From assembly GCA_031430855.1 (NCBI GenBank), contig JANPCG010000002.1, positions 1 through 61,502 of the forward strand: a DNA stretch of 61,502 bases, written 5' to 3'. Under the pieces are notes generated by a model. That model was not told where the DNA came from. It made no database searches and saw only the letters and a list, made by a program, of their open reading frames with translations. The position numbers were made by a program, and so were the translations under genes. This document shows, one piece after another, positions 1 through 6,800 of the stretch (its first letter is position 1; every line of letters starts with the position of its first letter). This stretch comes from Candidatus Kaiserbacteria bacterium. GTDB lineage: Bacteria > Patescibacteriota > Minisyncoccia > Phycocordibacterales > UBA918.

Positions 1-1229
1 GTACCCGTCACGCCGAGGTTAAGGGTAGCAAGACGTGTTCCATCAAACGTGAAGTTCGCCGAGTCAGTGAGACGTCCACCGGTCGTCGAGAAGAGCGCGC
101 GTCCTGAGGTGAGAGAAGAGACCGCAAGTTGGGTCGTGGTGGCGTTTGTGGTGGTGGCGTTGGTTGAACTTGAGTTCGCGAAGATTGCCGTGCCGGTAAA
201 CGTCGGACTGTTTGAGAACACGAGGAGTCCACCACCAACTGAGCCGGTTTCGTCGTTGACGAGGGCGGCGAGTTCAGCGGAGTTGGTGAAGCTGTTTGAA
301 AAACCAAGGGTTGAGGTGGCGGTCCAGGTTGGTACGCCACCGACAACCGAAAGAACATTACCGGTTGAGCCAATAGTTCGCTTGGCCAAAGTGTTGACGC
401 CTGAGGCGTAGATAAAATCACCTGTAGCGTAGGTATTAAAACCAGTACCACCAGAGAGTGGAGCAAGGGCATTAGTGAGGTTAAGCGTACCGATAGTAGA
501 GGACGCCATCGTGGTAGTTGAAAATGTTGAAGTACCGGTCACCGCGAGCGTACCAGTAGCAGTGAGGTTCCCACCAATAAATGCATTTCCACCCACGCTC
601 AGACGTGCAAACGGTGACGTAGTACCAATACCGACATTACCACCATCCAATACGGTGAATACTTCAGTTCCCCCATCAAACAAATTTAAAATATCACCCG
701 TACCGTTTTGGGTAACTGTTAAGAGTGGCGAAGCAGAAGTCGCGGCAAGGGTACCTGACTGATCATTACGGAGGAATGAGGTCGACGCGACACCACCCAC
801 TGTCTGCGCATTTTTGGCTTCAAAGGCAGCTGGCACCGTTCCAAAAATTTTCCGTGGTGACATTTCAGCGTCAGCTTCAATGGTGACACCGAGGTAGAGA
901 GTTTGATTAAAGTTAATGTTCGCGAGAGATGTCGTTGAACCCAACATAACGGAGAAGAGGCCATTTTGTACCGTCACCCGATTCGCGCCACTTAAGGTCT
1001 CGGTCCAAATTGCAGCGCCACTCGTAGCGACCGTGTAAAGCCTAAACACCATTTGGTAGGTTCCGTCTGGTACCGCAATCCCGGTAGGAGCCACCAATTT
1101 ACCCTGGTAGTTAATTTGTTGATTGAACTGGGTCTGCGCAGATACTGTTGGCACCACGTATGCTACAAGCATCAAAGCCACCATGAGGAGGGTTAGGAAT
1201 TTTTGAATTGTCGTACGAAGAGATTTCAT
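1..1229 (-). CDS. Secreted Thr/Ser/Gly-rich cell-surface protein, N-terminal 409 codons; ORF continues beyond the left window edge
   Basis: Manual minus-strand translation from ATG 1229 (MKSLRTTIQKFLTLLMVALMLVAYVVPTVSAQTQFNQQINYQGKL...) stays open to nt 3 (checked triplet by triplet: no TTA/CTA/TCA in frame). N-terminus looks like a signal peptide, followed by T/S/G/N-rich repeats (GGNVGIGTTSPFARLSVGGNAFIGGNLTATGTLAVTG; LSGGTGFNTYATGDFIYAS). Absent from the ORF track because no stop lies in the window. Confidence 0.6.
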   Translation of the reverse strand, partial: MKSLRTTIQKFLTLLMVALMLVAYVVPTVSAQTQFNQQINYQGKLVAPTGIAVPDGTYQMVFRLYTVATSGAAIWTETLSGANRVTVQNGLFSVMLGSTTSLANINFNQTLYLGVTIEADAEMSPRKIFGTVPAAFEAKNAQTVGGVASTSFLRNDQSGTLAATSASPLLTVTQNGTGDILNLFDGGTEVFTVLDGGNVGIGTTSPFARLSVGGNAFIGGNLTATGTLAVTGTSTFSTTTMASSTIGTLNLTNALAPLSGGTGFNTYATGDFIYASGVNTLAKRTIGSTGNVLSVVGGVPTWTATSTLGFSNSFTNSAELAALVNDETGSVGGGLLVFSNSPTFTGTAIFANSSSTNATTTNATTTQLAVSSLTSGRALFSTTGGRLTDSANFTFDGTRLATLNLGVTG

Positions 1230-1234
1230 ATCAG

Positions 1235-1984
1235 TTATGGAATCTCGACGTTAGACACGGGTTCGGTAATCTTTGCTTGTGCACCATCGGGAATCCGTAC
1301 AAACGACATTTCAGTAACGGTGTCGCCTTGGACTGAGCGGATGACTCCCGTTGTCGTACTCACCATAGCAATCGTTACCTCGTCAGAAAATAATTCAGCT
1401 GTCGCGGTAGCAGACACACCACCTGAAATAGGTAGCAGGACAATTCCACCTTTAAGCGAAAGTGGTTCTGTTACTTCAGAAAGGTTTGATTCCTCTACCC
1501 AGTCTTTCACATCATGAACCTCCAGGGTGAGTTGATCTACAGAATCATCAGTGAGACTCTGTGCTACTTGGGCTGGCGTTGCAACTGAGAGCTGTGCGAG
1601 ATATCCCGCTCCTGAAGAAATAAATACCCCAGCACCAAGACCACACACCACAACGAGCGCCGCCTGGAGGACGGTGTATTGTTGCTTTTTTGTACGAGTA
1701 TGCGCAATCGCTTCAAGTCGCTCACGGTAGACTTCCTTTACTTCGAGTTCCGCTTTTCGCATCAAGCTGAGATGTCGTTTTCTGACCTCATCCTCAATCA
1801 CCGACTGATCATAAAATTTCTTGAGTGACTCACCGTCAACGAACCACTGCCGATCAGTTTGCACGGCAACGACCTTCCCCTCGCGGGCGAGACGCGCAAC
1901 ATAGTCACGAGAATACGGGACGAGTTCAGCTGCCGTTTTTATGGGCAGCAATTTTGTTTTATCGAGAACAATTTCTGTAGGCAT
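1235..1984 (-). CDS. Membrane-anchored helix-turn-helix protein (N-terminal excisionase/MerR-like HTH, coiled segment, one TM helix, ~120-aa C-terminal outside domain)
   Basis: Track ORF of 249 aa. The segment KTAAELVPYSRDYVARLAREGKVVAVQTDRQWFVDGESL resembles an HTH_17-type motif. Hydrophobic helix YTVLQAALVVVCGLGAGVFISSGAGYL. Stop lies 5 nt before the surface-protein ATG, so probably one operon. Confidence 0.5.
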   Translation of the reverse strand: MPTEIVLDKTKLLPIKTAAELVPYSRDYVARLAREGKVVAVQTDRQWFVDGESLKKFYDQSVIEDEVRKRHLSLMRKAELEVKEVYRERLEAIAHTRTKKQQYTVLQAALVVVCGLGAGVFISSGAGYLAQLSVATPAQVAQSLTDDSVDQLTLEVHDVKDWVEESNLSEVTEPLSLKGGIVLLPISGGVSATATAELFSDEVTIAMVSTTTGVIRSVQGDTVTEMSFVRIPDGAQAKITEPVSNVEIP

Positions 1985-1992
1985 ACCTAACG

Positions 1993-1998
1993 CGTATA
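1993..1998 (-). promoter_or_regulatory. -10-like box TATACG (ggTATACG) 8 nt upstream of ATG 1984
   Basis: Reverse complement of 1985-2000 reads GGTATACGcgttaggt followed by ATG. Same layout as about a dozen other unit-first genes in the window. Confidence 0.35.
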
Positions 1999-2070
1999 CC
2001 TATCATTTTATATGTATATCGGCTTTAATAAGAGCCCCTCCTGTGTACAACTCAAGGTGAAAAAGTAACT

Positions 2071-3039
2071 CTAAAACGTACTGAAAACAGAGAGAGCACT
2101 GATGGCCTGGGCAACACTAAAGCGCAGAGACTGATTGAAGAACACCCCGTCAGATTCGACGTATGATGAAAGCGAAAGCATGAGGACGGTCACCGTCAAG
2201 GAAACAGCAAATACCACCGGCACAAAAAACGGAATACCACGATCAGTCGACTTTGGAACTACTGAAGTCGGAGAAAAGGATACTGGTCGAGACATACGCG
2301 CTACCACAGTTCTTGATTGTGCTGAATCAACAGTAGGAGGGATAATTTTAGCTACCGGAACAGGAATACGTGGAGTGATCAGTTTTGGAGTAGTAGCAGT
2401 GACTTCCTCAAGGGTAACGGGAGTACTTGGTGCATAACTACCTTCCGCATCAAGATTTTGAATTTTTAACGATCCCGACAATGATACCTCGGCTAAAGGC
2501 TCAAAATATAGCTTCTTCGGTCGAGCAGTTTCATTTCTGACGGAGATTTTTTGGGTGGGAACAGGAACCTCTACTAAATCCTCTACATGCTCATCAACCA
2601 CTGTTACCTGCTTAAGGTAATGAAAGTCTGGGTGGAGTACATGAGTATCAGAGTCATAGCGTGTTGCTACTGAAGGCAGACTCGAAATAGTTTCAAGGAC
2701 TTTGATTTCTGGAGTTAACGTGGATTGGTAGTCATAATTACGGTGAAGGTGCTTTGAAACTCGAGGAAAGACCTGAACCTTATCAGTTGTGTGAACCGGG
2801 ACCACATACGTAAATGCACTGTCTTTACTTAATATCTCGGCTGGACGAACTGACTTGTAACGATCAGCTTTGTGGCTGGTGAGCGTATCTTCACGCACAA
2901 ACCACGCTCGACCAACAAGCTTTGCCTCTACCTTACCAGCACGACAAAGCTGACCAATGTAGTCAGTAGTGTAGTTAAGACGTTTTGCCAAGACAGTTGC
3001 CTTGGTAAAAATTGCTCCGTTGTGCTCGAGCGTTTCCAT
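2071..3039 (-). CDS. Membrane-anchored helix-turn-helix protein, paralogue of 1235..1984 (N-terminal HTH, long linker, C-terminal TM helix)
   Basis: Track ORF of 322 aa. TKATVLAKRLNYTTDYIGQLCRAGKVEAKLVGRAWFVREDTL is the same HTH type as the neighbouring gene. TM helix IPFFVPVVFAVSLTVTVLMLSL lies near the C-terminus. Confidence 0.5.
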   Translation of the reverse strand: METLEHNGAIFTKATVLAKRLNYTTDYIGQLCRAGKVEAKLVGRAWFVREDTLTSHKADRYKSVRPAEILSKDSAFTYVVPVHTTDKVQVFPRVSKHLHRNYDYQSTLTPEIKVLETISSLPSVATRYDSDTHVLHPDFHYLKQVTVVDEHVEDLVEVPVPTQKISVRNETARPKKLYFEPLAEVSLSGSLKIQNLDAEGSYAPSTPVTLEEVTATTPKLITPRIPVPVAKIIPPTVDSAQSRTVVARMSRPVSFSPTSVVPKSTDRGIPFFVPVVFAVSLTVTVLMLSLSSYVESDGVFFNQSLRFSVAQAISALSVFSTF

Positions 3040-3047
3040 GTAGAGGA

Positions 3048-3053
3048 AGTATA
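3048..3053 (-). promoter_or_regulatory. -10 box GGTATACT, 8 nt upstream of ATG 3039
   Basis: Reverse complement of 3040-3055 reads GGTATACTtcctctac followed by ATG. Confidence 0.4.
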
Positions 3054-3101
3054 CCAGAACAAAACACCTGTTGACTACGTTTAAGTAATCAACAGGTGTT
3101 T
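3052..3101 (-). terminator. Rho-independent terminator after gatB
   Basis: 12-bp stem (3063-3074 pairs with 3089-3100, AACACCTGTTGA/TCAACAGGTGTT) with a 14-nt loop. On the minus strand it is followed by TTGTTCTGG. Lies 20 nt after the gatB stop. Confidence 0.5.
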
Positions 3102-3120
3102 ATAAACAATCTCTTCTCGC

Positions 3121-4527
3121 CTAGGCTAGCTCGGTTTCAAAGAGCTTTTTGAGGAGACCAGGATCAGCGGCACCTTTGGTTTGCTTCATCGCCTGGCCCA
3201 AAAGGAATTGAAGTGAGGCAATTTTACCGGCTTTATATTCAGCCACTACCGCCGCATGGGCCAAAATAATATCTCGGACCATCTGAGTTAAATCGGCTTC
3301 ACTCAGGGTCGAAATAAGCGACGCATTCGTAGCGTACACCAGAGGGTCGGCATCAGCGAGCGCGAGGGCAATAATGATATCCTTGGCTACCCGTGACGTT
3401 ACTTTCTTCTCCGCTAAAAGCTTCATTAATTGCAAGAAATGCTCTGGCGAAAAAACGACATCCTCACCCATACGTTCTGTTACACGGGGAGATAGGTCAG
3501 TAACAAGGTAATTAGCAGCAGACACAAGCAACCCAGGTTCTCCACTGACTAAGGTAACGAGTTCACTAAAATAACTATCGATGAATTGATTCTGGATGAT
3601 AATTTCAATTTGGGCTGAAGATAACCCGAGATTCTCATATTTTAAACGCTTCTCGGCAGGTAATACAGGTGTTATCTCGGCTAGGCGAGATGTACTATAG
3701 TCCTTAATTTCTGAAATCTTGAGTTTCGGAAGGTCTGGATCAGGAAAATATCGGTAATCTTTTGCAGTTTCTTTGGAGCGCTGAGTAAACGTTTTTAGAT
3801 TAACCTCATCCCAACCTCGAGTTTCTTGACTGAGTACTTCTCCATTTTCAAGTGCTGCAATATGTCTCGCAATTTCAAATTCTATCGCTCCTTCAACTGA
3901 GCGAAACGAGTTGAGATTTTTGACCTCGACCTTCGTCCCTAGCTCATCAGTTTTACTGACGGAAATATTCACCTCAACACGCATTTCTCCTCGCTCCATA
4001 TTAGCGTCCGAAATTCCTAACGTGCGCAGGATGAGCTGCAGCTCGCGCGCAAAGTTACCGGCAGTTTTGGCATCATGAATCACTGGCTCGGTCACGAGCT
4101 CCATCAGCGGTACCCCGGCCCGATTGAAGTCAACTGAACTTCGGTCACCTTTGTCATGTTGACTGCGAGCAGTGTCTTCTTCGAGATGAACTCGAGTGAG
4201 CTCAACTCCAGCAACCACTCCTCCTCGTACAAACGGAAATGCGTACTGACTGATTTGGTAGGCCTTCGGAATATCGGGATAAAAATAATTTTTTCGGTCA
4301 AACTCACTATAGTCAGCAATCGTACCTTCAATCGCGTTTCCAAATAAGAGAACAAATTTTACTGCCTCACTATTGGCGACCGGTAGAGTGCCCGGATGTG
4401 CCAGACAGATCGGGCAAATGTTCGTGTTTGGTTCGCTTCCGTGTGGGTCATTCGCGCAACCACAAAACATTTTACTTTTTGTTTTTAATTCAGCATGAAC
4501 TTCAAGTCCAATCGTTGGTGTATACAT
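3121..4527 (-). CDS. gatB: Asp-tRNA(Asn)/Glu-tRNA(Gln) amidotransferase subunit B
   Basis: 468 aa. MYTPTIGLEVHAELKTKSKMFCGC...NICPICLAHPGTLP and a full-length GatB-like sequence including the C-terminal helical tail. Confidence 0.95.
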   Translation of the reverse strand: MYTPTIGLEVHAELKTKSKMFCGCANDPHGSEPNTNICPICLAHPGTLPVANSEAVKFVLLFGNAIEGTIADYSEFDRKNYFYPDIPKAYQISQYAFPFVRGGVVAGVELTRVHLEEDTARSQHDKGDRSSVDFNRAGVPLMELVTEPVIHDAKTAGNFARELQLILRTLGISDANMERGEMRVEVNISVSKTDELGTKVEVKNLNSFRSVEGAIEFEIARHIAALENGEVLSQETRGWDEVNLKTFTQRSKETAKDYRYFPDPDLPKLKISEIKDYSTSRLAEITPVLPAEKRLKYENLGLSSAQIEIIIQNQFIDSYFSELVTLVSGEPGLLVSAANYLVTDLSPRVTERMGEDVVFSPEHFLQLMKLLAEKKVTSRVAKDIIIALALADADPLVYATNASLISTLSEADLTQMVRDIILAHAAVVAEYKAGKIASLQFLLGQAMKQTKGAADPGLLKKLFETELA

Positions 4528-4554
4528 GACAATTTATTTAATTCAACAGTCATT

Positions 4555-5523
4555 TTACTGCCCTCGTAGATGCTGCACAAGAGAATCTTGGAGCTCTTTC
4601 ATTCCCTCTCCGGTTTCTGAAGACGTTATAAAGACACGTTTCTTAGTGTTGTCAATAAACGACTGTATGGTGTCTAATTGTTCTTTATTTGCAAGGTCTT
4701 TTTTAGTAAAAATAATCCATTCTTCCTTCTCGGTTAGTGATGAGTGATACGAAGAAAGCTCTTTTAAAATGGTATGGTAGGCATTTAGCGGGTCTTCGTG
4801 CTCGAGCGAAACAAGGTGGAGGAGCATTTTGGTGCGGGTAACATGGCGCAAGAAGGTATGGCCAAGACCTTTACCGAGAGCGGCTCCTTCGATTAGTCCT
4901 GGAATGTCAGCAATCACAAACCCGAATAGGTCACCCAGGTGCGGCTGAAGCGTCGTAAACGGGTAGGCGCCAACGGCACTCTTGGCATTGGTGAAGGTAT
5001 TTAACAAAGTTGACTTCCCGGCGTTTGGCATCCCAATCAACCCTACATCTACGACAAGAGTAAGTTCGATTTTAAGAGTACTCATTTCACCCGGCTTCCC
5101 TTTCGTCGTTTCTTTCGGAGTACGGTTGGTAGATGATTTAAAATGTTCATTTCCAAATCCCCCCTGCCCCCCTTTGAGTACGCGCTCCTTCATTCCTTCG
5201 GTAAAGAATTCGTACACTCGTCCACGGTCGGTATCAGTCACGACTGAACCAACCGGAACCTTGATGGTAAGATCAGTACCGTTTTTACCGTGTTTACTAT
5301 CGTTATGCCCAGCTTCACCCTGACCGGCTTCAAACTCTGGACTACCGGTATATTTGGCTAAAAGACCCAAATCACGAACTGCCTCGATATAGATATCGCC
5401 ACCGTTTCCTCCATCTCCACCAGCAGGACCAGCGTTTGGCACGAATTTCTCGTGCCGCCAGCGCTCGACGCCGTCGCCACCATTTCCGGCCTGAGCAGTT
5501 ATAAGTATTTGATCAACAAACAT
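4555..5523 (-). CDS. obg: GTPase Obg/CgtA
   Basis: 322 aa. Gly-rich Obg fold (AGNGGDGVERWRHEKFVPNAGPAGGDGGNGGDIY), G1 motif GMPNAGKST, G3 motif DIPGLIEGA. Confidence 0.95.
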   Translation of the reverse strand: MFVDQILITAQAGNGGDGVERWRHEKFVPNAGPAGGDGGNGGDIYIEAVRDLGLLAKYTGSPEFEAGQGEAGHNDSKHGKNGTDLTIKVPVGSVVTDTDRGRVYEFFTEGMKERVLKGGQGGFGNEHFKSSTNRTPKETTKGKPGEMSTLKIELTLVVDVGLIGMPNAGKSTLLNTFTNAKSAVGAYPFTTLQPHLGDLFGFVIADIPGLIEGAALGKGLGHTFLRHVTRTKMLLHLVSLEHEDPLNAYHTILKELSSYHSSLTEKEEWIIFTKKDLANKEQLDTIQSFIDNTKKRVFITSSETGEGMKELQDSLVQHLRGQ

Positions 5524-5738
5524 GGCTTACAGTAATACCATAGAATCATTGATAAGTACACCGAAATAACCCGTTGCAATTTATCGATAGAGTTCGAAAC
5601 GTCTTGTGGTAGATACTCAGAACGTAACTCTGAGCTGTACAGGATCATCAAACCTTCGCTGTACTCCAAGACCTTCTGCCATGCATCCCACAGAAATACC
5701 TTACGCTACGTCACCTATACAAAACGGCAACAGGATTT

Positions 5739-5758
5739 CACTATCATATATGATAGTG
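5739..5758. repeat. Perfect 20-bp palindrome CACTATCATATATGATAGTG, copy 1; partial half-site GTGATAGTGAC follows at 5771-5781
   Basis: Read directly; the sequence equals its own reverse complement. Confidence 0.95.
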
Positions 5759-5836
5759 CTTTATTTAAGTGTGATAGTGACTTTAACGTTACGTATGACA
5801 CCTACGTCATTATCTTAGTGCAAACAATTTATAGTC

Positions 5837-5856
5837 CACTATCATATATGCTAGTG
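5837..5856. repeat. Palindrome copy 2, CACTATCATATATGCTAGTG (one mismatch)
   Basis: Read directly. Shares the extra flank AGTC with copy 4. Confidence 0.9.
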
Positions 5857-6001
5857 AACTTTCTAACTACGATAATGACTTAATCATCACTTATGAGTAC
5901 CAGGTTTTAGTACCACCACATGAATTTGTTTCAGTACACGATTTAGTATCAGCTCTTAAGATAAATAGTCATGTGAGATTGTTCGGTAACAAGCCGAAAT
6001 A

Positions 6002-6021
6002 CACTATCATATATGATAGTG
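6002..6021. repeat. Palindrome copy 3 (perfect); shortened relic CACTATTTGATAGT at 6032-6045
   Basis: Read directly. Confidence 0.95.
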
Positions 6022-6099
6022 TATATTTTTACACTATTTGATAGTTACTCTCTTTTAAACTTATTACTACAATTTATTTGAACTATTGAAAACGAAACT

Positions 6100-6133
6100 A
6101 AAAGTCCACTATCATATATGATAGTGGACTTTT
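6100..6133. repeat. Palindrome copy 4, extended to a perfect 34-bp palindrome AAAAGTCCACTATCATATATGATAGTGGACTTTT (core 6107-6126)
   Basis: Read directly. The A-run/stem/T-run layout could also act as a bidirectional terminator. Confidence 0.95.
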
Positions 6134-6206
6134 AACAGTTAGAAAAAAGCTCTTTTGTTGTTATTTATTTTATAAATGCTTTATATGAAAGCTTGTCTCG
6201 TGAAAT

Positions 6207-6242
6207 AACGAAACCGCAATCATCTATTATAGCGGTTTCGTT
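6207..6242 (-). terminator. Possible terminator hairpin after the holin-like gene
   Basis: 11-bp stem AACGAAACCGC/GCGGTTTCGTT (6207-6217 with 6232-6242) and a 14-nt loop. The T tract on the minus strand is weak. Confidence 0.3.
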
Positions 6243-6259
6243 GCAATAGATTTCTTGAG

Positions 6260-6598
6260 CTAATTAATGAAGCGGTTGCCGATACTACTCACAACTGAAA
6301 CGAGAATTGATCCGATAACGGCTGCCAAAAATCCATCGACGTCAAAGCCTGGAACAAACGAAGCCGCAAGCGCAAAAAGTGTCGCGTTAATCACAAAAAT
6401 AAATAATCCCAGGGTGACAATCGTAATTGGGATAGTAAGGATGACGAGCAAGGGACGAATAAACGCATTGAGGGCACCTAATACAATGGCGGCAATAATC
6501 GCAGCACTAAGGCTTACGATCGTCATACCGTTGTAAAAGTAGTCCACCAACAGAAGGGCAAAAGTGCCAACTGCAATTCGGCTCAAAATGTATATCAT
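6260..6598 (-). CDS. Small 4-TM membrane protein, phage-holin-family-IV-like (DUF360 type)
   Basis: 112 aa, four hydrophobic helices. The sequence ...GALNAFIRPLLVILTIPITIVTLGLFIFVINATLF... resembles the YvlD/DUF360 family. Confidence 0.5.
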   Translation of the reverse strand: MIYILSRIAVGTFALLLVDYFYNGMTIVSLSAAIIAAIVLGALNAFIRPLLVILTIPITIVTLGLFIFVINATLFALAASFVPGFDVDGFLAAVIGSILVSVVSSIGNRFIN

Positions 6599-6745
6599 AG
6601 TATTACTCTAACATATTTGAATATACCTACACATCTGTATCTTTGCGTTCACATAAGGTTTTTATCTTCCGAGGTTTACAGGAAGCGCACTCGGGTGCCG
6701 TATCTACACTCTCCGATGGAATTAAAACTAACACTTTCTAATAAC

Positions 6746-6775
6746 AAAACACCACCCTGAAAGGGGTGGTGTTTT
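6746..6775 (-). terminator. Terminator hairpin after secA
   Basis: 12-bp stem AAAACACCACCC/GGGTGGTGTTTT with a 6-nt loop, 25 nt after the secA stop. The stem ends in a U-run on the minus strand. Confidence 0.55.
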
Positions 6776-6800
6776 GTTCGTTTATTCATTCAATTAGAAT

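Noticed and set aside
8-762. Track ORFs 8..472 (-), 49..411 (+) and 475..762 (+) as separate small genes.
   Set aside because: All three lie inside a 409-codon open minus-strand frame that starts at ATG 1229 with a signal peptide and runs off the window. Their translations are low-complexity shadows of that T/S/G-rich gene.
5606-5818. 70-aa plus-strand ORF in the palindrome region.
   Set aside because: It reads straight through palindrome copy 1, has no promoter-like box or recognisable motif, and sits in a region better explained as non-coding.
5739-6133. The palindrome array as a CRISPR array, dif site, parS or oriC.
   Set aside because: - Spacings (98/165/105 nt) are irregular and far larger than CRISPR spacers.
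- Repeats that are perfect palindromes are atypical for CRISPR.
- dif is a single imperfect site.
- The sequence does not match the parS consensus I know.
- I saw no DnaA-box cluster.
- The function is left open.
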